DNA of 64,000 bases, from assembly GCF_009914755.1 (NCBI RefSeq), contig NC_060929.1, one strand, 5' to 3'. Below, piece by piece: positions 1 through 13,619 of the stretch. This DNA comes from the human T2T-CHM13v2.0 reference genome, Homo sapiens. The position numbers and the translations under genes were made by a program. Positions within the stretch are counted from its first letter, which is position 1. Every line of letters begins with the position of its first letter. The notes under the pieces are model-generated. The model saw only the letters and a program-made list of their open reading frames with translations, searched no databases and was not told where the DNA came from.

Positions 1-1020
1 AGGTTATCATCTGACATTCTGGGAAGAGCTTCATTTATTTCTGAAGGCTATGACTTGCTAACTTCAAAGAAAGGGAAAGGGTTGTTTTTTTTTTTTCCAC
101 AGAGAAGCAGAATCCTGATATGAACAACCTAATGCCCTCTCAGCACAACCCAGACCATGACAATTTTTAAAACAATCCATTAAGTGGCTTATTGGCTTGA
201 CTCATCCAGGATTTTCATGCCCAAAGATCATGAAGTTGTGCGCTCTTCTGTGTCTTGATGTCTTCACTCTGAGTGGGAACCAGGGAGACTGAAAGAATTC
301 TGACATTAAGGAATCTTATTTACTCTGACATTAAAGAATCTTATTTACTCTTCAAAAAGGTTACCTACAGATTGGGTGAGAAGGTGAGCACTTTACCACC
401 TATATATTTGGAAAATCATTAGGTAATTTTTGGAAAAGTCAGTCATAATGTATCAGAAGCTTAATCCTCTATGATTTTACAATGGCACTTAGAATTGCAG
501 TATTTATACATGCAAAATGCTCCATTCATCTGCCAAGAAACATGGTGATCCAGACAAATCAGATTTCTGTGTAACTGAGATTTCTGTGTAACTGAGGCTT
601 GATATTTAAATATTCATTTTATTTTTCTAACACTATTGTTATGACTCAAAGCATTTTTGAAATCTTTTATAATTTCCTTTATGTCAATTCAGGTCAAGTC
701 TTTTTTTTAATGTTGCTGTTTTAATAAAGATATCTTCCCTTTCCTCCTTAGTAAATAGCACCTTAGACACAAGTCACAATTTCATAAAGACTTAGAGTTA
801 TCATTGTAAACAGACATTGTTTTCCTGGATTCTTGTATTTGGTAATGTTCTCAGGGCTCTTGCAGAGTGAAATGGATGCTGACTGTTCTGTTTTTACTAA
901 CAATTCTTCTCCTCTCCATGTTTATTGCATGGCTTTACTTTTGTCTGTTTTTGTCCTGAGTGTGGCTTATTGCATATGGGCTTTCTGATAACTACTTACT
1001 TTTCTGGGGTCTTTTTTCCC

Positions 1021-1480
1021 AATTATTTTTAAATTGTGGTAAAATGCACATAATATAAAACCATATTAACCATTTTAAGTGTACAGCTCAGTGGTATTAA
1101 ATACTTGACACTCATTAATGTTGTACAGCCATCTCCCCCATCCATCTTCAGAACTCATTCATCTTGTAAAACTGAAGCTCTGTACCCATTAAACAATAGC
1201 TCCCCATTCACCCCTTCCCCAGCCCCAGCAACCGCCAAGTCTAGTTTCTGTCTGTGTGATTTTCACGACTCTAAGTACCTCACACAAGTGCAATCATACC
1301 GTATTTGTCTTTTTGTGAATGGCTTATTTCACTTGGTATTATGCCCATAAGATTCATCCAAGTCATAGCCTGTCAGGAGTTCTTCCCTTTTTAAGGCTGA
1401 ATAATATTCCGTCATATGTCTATATCACATTTTGCTTATCCATTCATCCACCAATGGATATTTGGATTGCTTCCATGTTT
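1021..1480 (-). mobile_element. Old L1 (L1MA/MB-like) 3' UTR fragment
   Basis: taaattgtggtaaaat...taaccattttaagtgtacag...ggcttatttcactt...aaggctgaataatattcc. Confidence 0.85.
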
Positions 1481-2064
1481 CTCTCAGGCTTTTTTTTTTA
1501 ACAGCCTCTGTGGATACAGTTGAATAGTTGACTTTATTGGTGTTCTGATCTCTAGATAATCCAGATATTCCTGTAAGAGATTTTGACTTAGGATCCAAAG
1601 TGCTCCTTGTGTTTCACTGCATGAATGTCTATGAAGAAGTTCAGCAACACTGAAGAAGTCATAGAATGATTTATTGCAGCTTAAACACACACACACACCA
1701 TGGAAAGAAATTGCAAAATAACTTATTCCATGAGGGAACATTGCTATCCAGGGAATATTGATTTGAGCATTCACATTCCCTGTAAACATGCTGAAAAAAC
1801 AAAGGCTAAAACGCCAACACTCTGTGAAAAGCCAACATTCATCCCATGCAATGGGATTCAGTGGAAAAGCAGGCCCTGAAGGCTGGGTTGGGCATGAGTT
1901 CATCGAGATGCAATTCTAGCTGCCACTGGTGCAGAGGAGAGTGGTAAATTGTACAACAGAGAGATGCTTTCACCAGCAGCTGCCCCCACTCCAGCCTGGC
2001 TGAACCCTCACTGGGAGTCAATGTCAATGGGAGCCAATGGGACCATGTCCAACCATATAATCAA

Positions 2065-2290
2065 ATAATAATAATAATAGCTATCATTCTTTGAATGCTT
2101 ACTGTGTTTCAACTCTTCACATATGTTTCTGAGTGCATCCTCACAACAGTCTTATAAGACAATATTATTATTTCTGCCTTACAGATGAGGTAACTAAGAC
2201 TTAGATAGATTAATTAATAAGATCAAGGCTACATAGCTAGTAAGTTTGTCTAGCTTCCGAGTCTGTGAGCCTAACCACTATGCTTTGCTG
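2065..2290 (-). mobile_element. MIR
   Basis: cctcacaaca...ttacagatgaggtaactaagac...aaggctacatagctagtaag. Confidence 0.75.
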
Positions 2291-3211
2291 CTTCTGATCA
2301 TTGGTTTGCATGAAATCAATGAGATAAGCCAAATACTCTCCTGATGGCCTTTGGCAGCAAGGAACTGGGTGCCTCAGACCCTCTTGGACCTATCAGTCCC
2401 TTCTGTTTCATAGGGAGGCCTCATCCAAGTCTTAAGAGGGAATCTACAGGCACAGGCACTCTCTTAACTGTAATCCCTGAGAACTGGAGCACCTGTTGTG
2501 ATTCTCCATACAATAGACCCTCCTTCTACAGCCCATGGTTTTGGGGAAGGAATCAGATAATTGGTCAATTGAGGTTTGTGTTCAATATGGATCATCCCAA
2601 GTGAGGCAGCACCGGCACCTGGTGACAGCATACATACATTGTTGAATAAGTGTCTAAAGTAAAAGAAAGGGCCTTGAGAGCTGAAGAGCTGGATGTGCAA
2701 GTTCAAATGCTATATCACAGAGTCCTACAGTAATAGAGGTGCCTTTTCAAAGATCTATTTTGTGCATTCATGCATTTGGATCTACACAGATTGAGGATTG
2801 CAGGTGGTTCTTGCTTAGAAACCTGAAGGTCCTAAAACTCCATTGTGCCGACTCATTTCCTTGTTGGTAAAAGAGGAGAGATGAGCTTGAAAGTGCCTGT
2901 CTCTGTAACGCTGAATTGTGCAAGACATTTCCCGAAAATAGCTTACAAGAGCAACCCAGCTATGCTGTTAGAGGAAAAGTGATCTTCCCATCATGGAAAT
3001 GAAGATACGATTTTATTCAAATTGGCAAATATGAACCCACTCCCATTCTATTCCAGGTTATTTTATACAAAAATGCTTTAAGACATAGTTGCTGTCCTTG
3101 AGGAGTTTGTGTCTGCCTGGGGACTTGGGGACGAGGACTGGGTAAGGAGAGGAGCAAGGGGCGCTGAGGAAAGAGCACTTATTTGGGTCAGCCAGACATG
3201 TACATTCGAAC

Positions 3212-3324
3212 TAGGGTGACCCACTGCCTCGGTTTGCTTGGGGCTGGGGGGTTTCCTAGGATGCAAGACTTTCAGTGCTAAAACCAGGATGGTTCCAGAC
3301 AAACCAAGACAAGTTGGTCACCCC
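3212..3324. mobile_element. MER81-like hAT MITE
   Basis: Terminal inverted repeats tagggtgacc...ggtcacccca and core actttcagtgctaaaacc. Confidence 0.8.
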
Positions 3325-4707
3325 AAAAATTAGTAAACCTCCCTATGCCTCCGTCTTCTTATCTGCAAAATGGAGATAACAACAAATTCTTCAAGTTCAT
3401 GTATGGGAGAAGTGAATGTGGGAAGACTCATAATGCATGTGGCATTGGGAGCATGGGTGTAGGAATCCTTTAATATATTATGGAGGGATGAAAATCACAT
3501 AGAGCAGTGGAATGTTCAGGAAAGAACAAAGCCAGCATAAGCCAAAGAGAACTGGGGAAGGCTGCATGAAGGTAAGCGTGCTCCAGAGGGGCCTTGAAGA
3601 ACTAACAAGGCTGGGTCTGAGATTGTATGAGGAGATTTGATTATCTTGGAGTAAAACATGAGTGATTCTAGAAATAACTTCTTCCCTGCTACAAGCCACT
3701 TGTGTTTTGCAGGGTTTAGCTACTGCTCTGCTATGATTTGCAGCCCCCACCTGTCCCTGCTTTTCCTTGGGATTCTCTTATGCTGTGCCATCAGCTGAGC
3801 CCTCCCTTCCCAAAACACCTGCTCATTAACAGGCCACCCGCCCCTCCCCATGAGAGGTGTCTGGTGAGCCAGGATTAGGGAAACTTAAGCTCAGAGAGGT
3901 TGAGTGACTTGCCAAGAATCACCCAGCAGATCAATTTTGAATCCAGAAACAGGAACCAGATGTCCACACCTTACTCTGTGCTGGCTTTGGAAGGCGGAGT
4001 GTGGGGCCCAAGAGGCCCCAACAGAAAGGGTGAGCTCCTCTGGGAGAGACCAAGAATTCCAAAGCTGTCCTGTAATTCATGGTCAGAATTTCTCCCAAAG
4101 TGTGTCTTCAGGGAAGGCATTTTTTTTTTTTTAATAAAAATCAGCTTTGAGGATCCCCAACTGAGTTTGGAAGTTTTACATATGAATTTCTGACTTGTCG
4201 TTTAAGAAAAGATGCCACGAGTGAAATCAATGAATTAAGGATTTGGCATAAGCTGTATCAAGTATCAAGTAATGAGCTTTCCGTTTCCCGTCACACATTC
4301 AGCGCTTCTCGATTCAGCCCAAATTGGCAAGAATCAAGCTGGTTATTAAAGCAAAACCTGGAAAAGGCAATTAAGCACTCCCAGGGTTAAAAGGTTGGAT
4401 CCAGTGGAAACAAGAGTCATAAATTTTACTCACAGATAGACCTGCTATTCAGAGGCTGTGGCTTTCAAACACAGACACATATGAGGAGGAGGGCTTCTTG
4501 CTCAGAGCTGGGTGATAAAAAGCACGGGTTGTATGGGAGTCCTTCCTGGGAACCCAGTCCCGTGCTCTGCCCTGCTTCAGCAGGAGGAGGGAAGGTGGGA
4601 AAGAGTCAGGGTCTCCAGGGCAGCTTGGTGTTGCTCTACATGCTTCCCTGGAAGAGCCAGGCACTGCATGGGGCATCTTGTGTGTGCCTCTTCTTGGGCA
4701 TTTAGAA

Positions 4708-4821
4708 ATAGTCTGAGACTCCATCCCCACTTGCCCAGGACTGAGGGGTATCCTGGATGAAGGGCTTTCCATACTATAACTAGAAGAGTCCCAGGCAAAC
4801 TGGGACAAGTTGGATACTCTA
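4708..4821. mobile_element. Second, more diverged MER81-like MITE
   Basis: ttgcccaggactgagggg...gtcccaggcaaactgggacaagttgg; similar to 3212-3324. Confidence 0.65.
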
Positions 4822-5211
4822 TAAATGACCTTGCTCTTTTTGCAAGATTCCTTATTACCTGCCCTCAAATCTTGCAAGATGTCTAAAACCAAAGATGCTG
4901 GATTTAGACTTCGTGCCCACACCTCTAGAGCTGTAAAGTGGAAATCACATATTCCACCTGGGGTTGTGTAAGGCTTAAGTGAGATTAGGTAGATGAGTGC
5001 TGAGCATGGGGCACGGACTCTGACACAGTTGCTGAACAGCTGCAGAGTCCATGTATCATCTGGCCCTTGCTCAAGTGTGGTTGGTGTCAGGAGCCTTCCT
5101 CTCAACCCTGCAGCAGCCCAGAAACATGGCTCAGAGAAGTCCAGAGTCCTGCCCAAGAGCTACGTGAGTTGTGTTCTTCAAGCTAACAAATCTTTAAAAA
5201 AGAGGTAGGCA

Positions 5212-5512
5212 GTCCGGGCGCGGTGGCTCACGCCTGTAATCCCAGCACTTTGGGAGGCCGAGGCAGGCGGATCCTGAGGTCAGGAGATCGAGACCATTCT
5301 GGCTAACACGGTGAAACCCCGTCTCTACTAAAAATACAGAAAAATCAGCTGGGTGTGGTGGCATGCGCCTGTAGTCCCACCTACTTGGGAGGCTGAGGCG
5401 GGAGAATTGCTTGAACCCAGGAGGCAGGGGGTTGCAGTGAGCCGAGATCACACCACTGCACTCCAGCCTGAGTGACAGAGCAAGACCCCGTCTCAAAAAA
5501 AAAAAAAAAAAA
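5212..5512 (+). mobile_element. Alu (late S/Y-like)
   Basis: Full dimer with poly(A) tail and imperfect TSD a(g/a)aggtag(g/t)ca. Confidence 0.95.
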
Positions 5513-7745
5513 GGTAGTCAGTAGCTCGTGCTAGTTCTTTGTCTGGCAGTGGGATTCTTTTCGGATGAGCCAACAAGGAGGGCCAGTGTTTCACAGAGAA
5601 TCAAATGTGCTGCCCTGAGAATGGCTTAATCAGTTTTCTGATTAAACATATTTTGAAAAATCTGCATCATGCAGGTGGAAAAATAGACAATCAAGATGGG
5701 TTATAGATTTAAGGAGGCTCTTTTAGTGTTCAAGAATTTGATCTCACTTTGTCCTCTCAGAGGGTTATTTGCTATTAAAAAGTGCCCCAGACAGAGGAGA
5801 AGTCACGGGGAAGGTAGGAAATGCCGTCTTTGAGAGCTTAGAGGAGCTGTCTTCTTGCATGTCTTAATCTCTTTGGAAAAAGTTACATAGCAGAGTATCT
5901 CACTCCAAATTTACATGCAATGCAGCCATCCATGGTGATGCTGTTTCTGCTAATAATCTAGCAATTAAAATAGAATGTGGCTGCTAATTAAACCTGCCAC
6001 TCAACTAAGAGATGAATATCTGTTTTCCAATGGAGCTGGATTTGATCCTGCCTGCCTTCCACTGAGCTGAAGACTGAGATTTGGATTAGAATATAAGGTC
6101 CAATGAGTAAAGGTCCTCTAAGTGCTTTAAATTTTCCTCCTTTGAAGATGAAACCTTAATACAAGTTAAGATCAAATTAAATGCTCAAAACAAATTATCT
6201 TAAATTTCAAAAGTGTTTGTGTTTGGGATGCATTTTCATTGGTTCCATCATTCAGTGTACTTTTTCCTTGTTTGATTCTATTTGTGAGTGGAATTTTAAT
6301 AACTTAAGATGTTCATGGTTTTTTAAAAATTTAAACTGTCTTCATATTTATATTTAATTAAAACTTCTACATTTGGCTTGGTATATTAGCAGGGATCTAA
6401 AGGCTGCATAGTCTACTGTGGTAAATGTTGACAAGAAGACTCTGGGTTGGAAACCTGTTTCAGTTGCTGTAAAGTTAGTGAATTTTGCATGAGGTCAAAG
6501 AAAGGAATGGGTCAGGCCTGAGTAGGCTGAGCAGTTCTCCTTGGTAGGGGCTGCCCTGTGAGCTCCACACTGAGGGGAACTGATTGGAATATGGGGACTG
6601 GTTCTGCCTAGTGACTCAGTAGCCTGAGAGGCTCAGCTACAAAGAAGAGGAAGATGCGGTGGTATGCCAGGTCTCTCTAATGTGTCCAGACTTGCCAGCC
6701 TTGGGTAGGATTGACATGTGTACCTCCACAATCTTCTCCTGTGCTCAGGGCAGATATCACTAATCCATTACTTCACTCTTTCCTGTTGAGGCAAGACAGG
6801 CGCTGAAGCCCTGTTACCACCTGACACCACCCGTGCCAAGCAGCCACTACCAACTGAATGGAATTGACACCAGAGTGAAACACAGCTGCCCTCCTGGCTT
6901 TGCAGCAACCTGTCTGGGCATCTGCCATGGGAAAAAGGAGGGGGTCTGAGGGAATAGAGGAGGAAGGGCTGTCGGGGAGCAACCGTCCACAACCTGAATG
7001 AGGCCTGCTGGGTCCCTGCCCCTCACAGTGCGAAGGCGTGTGGGGCGATGGGCCTCCCCAGCCTCCCAGACAAGCCATAAGCCTCTCAGACTCTTTGTTC
7101 TGCAGGTTTCTGGGGTCAGCAGAATGAAACATTCTGGAGGAAAAAAAAGCATTTCTTTACCAAGTGGTTTAGGAGATCCACTTGAAAGGCTGCGATGAGG
7201 GTGTGCCTGGTGAGCTCTAGGCGCTGAGCCCACCTTTTCCACCCTGCCAGGGGTGTCTTCCTAGACAGAATGTCTCACAGGAAGCCAAACAGCCACACGG
7301 TGGGCAGGAATGAATGGCTGGGCCTGCACAGAGACTGGGAGGGACTTTAAAGAAGACTCTTGGCTTCTGGATGAAACACCACGGGTCTCCTGGGCGGCCT
7401 GGTATGCTGTATTAACTATTTTTATTGAACCGCTGAGTACACAGATGTGTCCCGCCCACACAGGCTTCCAGAGGCCCCATCCTAGCCACAGGCTCTGTGG
7501 AGGGAGGGCTGCAGAGGTTAAAGCCATTTGAACCGTTTCCACCTTGAGGTACCTGAAGATGAAACCAGCTCCCCGTTAGAAATATCTAAGCATCCTTTAT
7601 ATATTTACATATTTAGGGATGTAAAATGGCTCCCCAGAAGTGGCTGCAAACAATAATGTTAAAATAAGAACTCTGTCAGCTCCCATTACTCTACTTTGCC
7701 TTTTGCTCCCTGGAAATTCATTAGCCACGTGGAAGCCACATTGAT

Positions 7746-8066
7746 TATTTTATTTATTTATTTATTTATTTTTATTTTTATTTTTATTTTTTTGAGACAG
7801 AATCTTGCCTGTCACTCAGGCTGGAGAGCGGTGGCATGATCTTGGCTCACTGCAACCTCCAGTTCAAGCAATTCTCCTGCTCAGACTCCTGAGTAGCTGG
7901 GACTACGGGCACATGCCACCATGCCTGGCTAATTTTTGTATTTTTAGTAGAGATGAGGTTTCGCCATATTGACTAGGCTGGTCTCGAACTCCTGACCTCA
8001 GGTGATCCACCCACCTTGCCCTCCCAAAGTGCTGAGATTATAGGTGTGAGCCACCGTGCCCAGCCC
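7746..8066 (-). mobile_element. AluS
   Basis: Reverse Alu dimer with (TTTA)n tail. Confidence 0.93.
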
Positions 8067-8089
8067 AGATGGATGATTTTAGAATTTAA

Positions 8090-8580
8090 TTCTTCAAAGG
8101 CTTCCCAAGCCACTTAGTGTGAAATCCCAGCTCCTCACTGAGAAAACATACAGGCTGGGCATGAGCCAGCTGCTTGGGCCCATCACCCACCTCTCCTCCT
8201 GGCAGCCCTCGGCTTTGCATTTGCATCTTCCTGCTCCTCAAAGCACCAACCTTGTTCCTGCCTCACCTCGGGCAGCTGCGCTAGCTGGTCCCTCTGCCTG
8301 TACCTCTCTTCCCTGGATACTTGCGGGGTGGCTGCTTCTTGTCATTCATGAGTCAACTCCAAGTCCCCTCTGCAGAGACTGTCCCTGTCCATCCAGTCTG
8401 AGGTAGTGGCCTTCCCTTCCTCCAAAACCCTTCTGTGCTATTGCCCTGCTCTGTCTTCGCAGCCATCTGAAATTCTTGTGTTTTTCTTGCTTACTGTCAA
8501 TCTCCTCTACAAGAATATAAGATCTATGAGAGCAAATCTGGTGCCTGGCACAGAGTCTGTTCTCAATAAGAATTTGACAA
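8090..8580 (+). mobile_element. L2 3' fragment
   Basis: Pyrimidine-rich body ending gtgcctggcacagag...ctcaataagaatttg. Confidence 0.7.
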
Positions 8581-11500
8581 CAGAAAAATTTGCTGGGTTT
8601 CCTGGGATCAGTTAATTGTTTTCTTTCCCTGTATTTTCCCAGCATGCTTTGCAGGTGGCAGGTTGCAATGGGCACAGCCCCAGTCCTCCTGCCCCTGGTA
8701 TGCCAAAATGATGCATGCATCGGCCTCGGTGGCCCTTCTCCCTTCAGCCCCTGCTCAACACTGAGAATGCACTGCCTCCCACCCACAGGGGTCTCTCTCT
8801 GGCCAGCCCCCACCTCGGGCAGCTGTGCTGGCACTTTCCTCCCATCTCCTGTGCTGGAGGCGGCTGTGTTTCTTCTTGGACCCCAGCCGGAGGACAGAGG
8901 CTCCTGGGAGTCTCCCCTCTGATGCTGGCCACATGTTTTTGCTCCTGCCCCGACCTTCTCTCCAGGATATGGGCCCTTGGGTTCAGAAGTAAACAAATTC
9001 CCAGCAGCTCTGGGATGGGAGGGAGGTCAGCTCTTAATCTTAGTCACTTGGCAAGAGAGAAAATGCAAAAGTCTCTCCAAAAGCAGGATGTTTGCCCCTT
9101 CACAGCTGAGACAGCCCATCCTAACCCAAGAGGACACAAGTCTGCAGTCTTTACCATCTGCCATGACATAGGGCAAATCCTGCTGCACACTGACCTCTCT
9201 GAGCCTCAGTGTCATCACCCACAAATGGGCATGGCAATAGCATTAAAGCCCAAGGGCGACTGTGGAAAGTAAACAGTGCAACACATGCACAGAAAGTGCC
9301 TGGCTCAAGCTCAGTATCAAATATCTGGGAATGTCAGGAAGTGTCAGCAGAATGCATTGCAGCAAGACCACCAGGTAGGGACCAGATTGACTTGGTGCAC
9401 AGGGGATGAGCCAAAGAGGGGTGAGGCAGAGCCCTCCCTTCTGCTACCAGTTGAGGGCAAGCTGGGGACATGCGTCATCTAGGGACCACTTTAATGCAAA
9501 ACTTGATAGTACTGTCAGGATGTTAGGTGCTCTGAGTGAGAAAGATCACTTATCTTGGATCACCTGTGCCAAATTCTGTGCCAGATACACAGTAGGTGTG
9601 AAGGAAGAGAGAGACAGTCCTGGCAGTGAATTCCAGAAGGGCAGGGATGCTCAGTGAATGCTGGGTGAGTGAATGAATGAATGAATGAATGAATGATTAA
9701 ATCTAGAATCTTGGTCTCCTTGGCTCCCTGTGCTCTCTCTGCTGGGCCCTTCCCTACCTGCCAAAGCAAATCCACACAATGGAACTAGGACAGGTCCTGG
9801 ATTGTCACTGGAGGCAGGTTCTAACCTTGGAGGAGACCCAACTGGGAAACTCTGCCACATTGTCCCAGTTCCTATTGAGGCTTCATTCACTCATTCCCTG
9901 TACACCTGCGGGAGGCCTCCAGGTATGCTCAGGGCTAGCCTGGGTCTTCCATACTGGGAAGCAGCTCCAGCCAAGCCTTTCCACCTCCTGCCAATCACTG
10001 TGCCCAGTGCAGCCACAGGGGAGCTGGGTATGAACTGAAGGAGCAGGGAGATGGGGCTGGGAAAGGGCCCCTGGGGATGAGGCATTGGACAATTAAAATT
10101 TCATCTCCCAGTGTCTACCTCAAGGAGAAAAGAAAGGTAACAGTAGGATAATTGAATTTTTTAAGAAGAGAAAGAAGCAGAATGCCTAAGTGTTTAAAAA
10201 GCTCTATTTAAATTTCTTGTCTGTAGCATGTACTCTAACCTATAATTATGGTTTTGAAAAAAAGGATAATTATGAAAATTTCTGGGCTCATTAAAGACAT
10301 ACAATTGACATCCAAAATTATTTGAGTTAGAAATGATGCTGGAATGTGTCTCTTTTAAGAGACTCCGAGGAAGGAACTTTGCTTTTTAAAACTCTAAGTT
10401 CCAGATTAACCCTGAGTGTCACGGGTCACCTTAGGTAATGGTTCCCTCCAAAGGAGAGAGGCTGCCCCTCCACAGTGCTGCCCCTCCACAGTGCTATCTC
10501 AGCTTGGCTCAGCTCAGCTCTGCTCAGCTCTGCAAGGGTTGTTGGGCTTGGTAGGTGGTGATTTTCTGGTGCTTCCCACACAGGGTGGTCACAGCTCCTT
10601 GAGTCAAGGGCTGTCTGAGAGCCATGCTGGCTGCGTGTTTTGCTGGCTCATGACCTTGGCACATCTTTTCCCTTTTTGAGGAGTTAGACCAGTGGGAGTG
10701 TGCCCAGCTGGAAAACCTCCTTTGCCAGAGACTGGACCCTGTCCTTCTGTGAGCCCCAACTGCACACTCTCATCCCCTGTGCCAGTGCCATGATAAAAGT
10801 ACCAGGTCCTACATAACGGGAAGGTAGACAAGTTGTATGTCAGATGTGCCAGCAGAGCCAGTGGCATTCAGGTTGCAGGCAAGTGCTTCCTGGAGACACA
10901 GGACGTGCCAGCAGCCTTCTCCCAGGGCCTGAAAGAGAGCTGTTCCTGGTGTATCTCCAGAGTGATAGGAATGCATCAGCAGGCTCCTGGCTGCCAGGTG
11001 AGCTGCCAGGGTTAGGCTCTCAAAAACTGGGCTGCAGGCATTTGTTCCCAAGATCACAACCTCCAAAGGCCTCTCTTCCTGGCCTCATGAGAAACCCATC
11101 CCCTCACGGCTTCCCATTGCCTCTGACCCAGGCTCCCACCTCACCTTGCCCTGGACCTACCACCCCAACTGTCCAGATTGTCACTGGGCCATGCCAGGGA
11201 CTCTGACGTTCACAGCAATCAGGCCTCGCCACCTTTAGGTCTGCATCTACCTATGAGGAGCTGCCTAAATCACATTATCTACCAAGTTGTCAGTGCAGGG
11301 AGGCCTCTAACAACCAGCTGGGCTTCACAGGGGTGAGGGTCACCTGACACCCTCAGTGCTGTCTCCTAATGGTCACCATAAGGCCCTAGGCTGGGACCTG
11401 CTATGGTTCTCATGGTCACTGTAAGGTCACATTGTGGTGATTTGAGTTGGTAACAATCAGCTTAGTGCCCCATGGTTGGACACAGGGAAATCAACTTAGC

Positions 11501-11709
11501 TTTTTCTTTGGCTGGTGGTTCTTAAGCCAGCTCTCTGTGGCCTGTTGTCAGTCAGCAGAACTATGTGGCTGGGTCAAAGCCATGACTCTAACAAAAGTCT
11601 TTTCTTAGAACTGATACTATCTTCAGCCTGAAGCTTAAGAAAAGTCTGATCCTATAAAGAACTTGAGTGTTTCCTTATGGCTCTGAGCAACCACTACAGT
11701 TTTTAAAAA

Positions 11710-12860
11710 TAATAATAATTTGAGATGGATCATAAGCCTAAATATAAAACCTGGAACCAAAAAGCTTCTTGAAAAAAAGATATTGGAAAGAATATCTTTA
11801 TAATCTTGGGGTAAGCAAAGATTTCTTAGATAGAATACAAAGGGCACTAGCCGTAAAAAGAAACAAGAATAAACTGGTCATCAACAGTAAAAGTTTCTGG
11901 TTTTCATCCTCAGAAGATACCAATAAAGAAATGAATAAGTCATTTGAAATACATATATTTGAAATACATACATCTGATCAAGGAATTATATCCAGAATAT
12001 ATATTTTAAAACTTCTGTGGATCAGAAAAAAGGACAAACAAGTTAATTTATAAAATGAGAACGGAGATCTCACAAAGGAAGATATGTGAATGGCCAATGC
12101 ACTCATGAAAAGATGCTCCAGATCATTAGTCATCAGGGAAATGCAAATCAAACCCATCCTAAAATATTAACTCACACCCAATAGAATGATGAAAATAAAA
12201 AGGACGGGTAACACCAAATGCTGGTGAGGATATGGAATGAATGGAACTCTCATACAATACTGGTAAGAACATAAATGATAAAACCGTTTTGGAAAACGGT
12301 TTGGCAGCATATCTATAATACGACCCAGTGATTTGATTTCTAATTATTTACCATAGAGAAGTAAAAACATATGTCCGTACAGAGACTTATACAGGAATGT
12401 TTATAGCAAACTTATTTATAATAGCCGGAAGCTGGAAACAAACCAAGTGTTCAACAGGAGAATAGATTTTTAAATGTGATGTGTATACATTACGATGTGA
12501 TATTATGCATCAAGGAGAAAGAACAAACTACTAACACCTGCAACAATATGGATGAATCCCCCAAAAACATCACGCTGGGAAAAAAAAAAAAGCCAGACAT
12601 GGAAGAATGAGACCAAGAGATACATGACATGATTCCATTTACATGAAGTACTGGAATAAGCACAACTTGTCTACGATGATGGAAAAGTTGCCTCTGGGAG
12701 CAAGGAGGCAGAGCGTGATTGAAAAAGGGCACGAGGGAACTTCCAGGGTGACTGGAAATTGGGTCTGTACAATTATCAGCACTCATCAACTGGAACACGT
12801 GAGATCTGTGCATTTTATTATGTGTAACATGTTCTATATTTCATAACTTGATTTTAAAAA
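11710..12860 (+). mobile_element. Old L1 (L1M) ORF2 3' end and 3' UTR
   Basis: gggtaagcaaagatttcttaga...cattagtcatcagggaaatgcaaatcaa...ggaactctcatac; A-rich. Confidence 0.88.
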
Positions 12861-13204
12861 CAATGGTAATAGCCAGCATGGACTGAAGACTCCCTCTGTG
12901 TAGCACAGTGATAGACTGCCTAGTGAGGGTCTCAGCAATGCTCACAGCCACCTGCTTGGTAAGTGTTGAGAGAGGAGCTTCTTAGTCATGCAGCATGCAT
13001 TATTATCTGGTTCTTTAATATCCAGTCTCTTATTACACTTTCCAGTGCTCCCTGAAAGCTTGTATCAAAAGCTATCCTGACACCCTGTTTTTACCCAATG
13101 AGGAGATGGAGTCTCTGAGGGGTTACAAAGCCACTGAATGGTGGAGACAGAATCTCAACTCCGTGGCCTGAAGCCTTATTCCCTTTAATTCTGTCTGTCC
13201 CTCA

Positions 13205-13619
<415 letters not shown>

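Noticed and set aside
4449-5156. 235-aa minus-strand ORF
   Set aside because: It runs through a MIR and a MER81-like element, has a non-ATG start and no recognisable domain; a chance ORF.
5194-5496. Alu-derived ORFs (also at 13202, 34234, 47763, 51985, 54578 and others)
   Set aside because: Translations of Alu sequence (LSPRLECSG...), not genes.
8346-9272. 216-aa and 185-aa ORFs
   Set aside because: They overlap L2 and MIR remnants and show no domain similarity.
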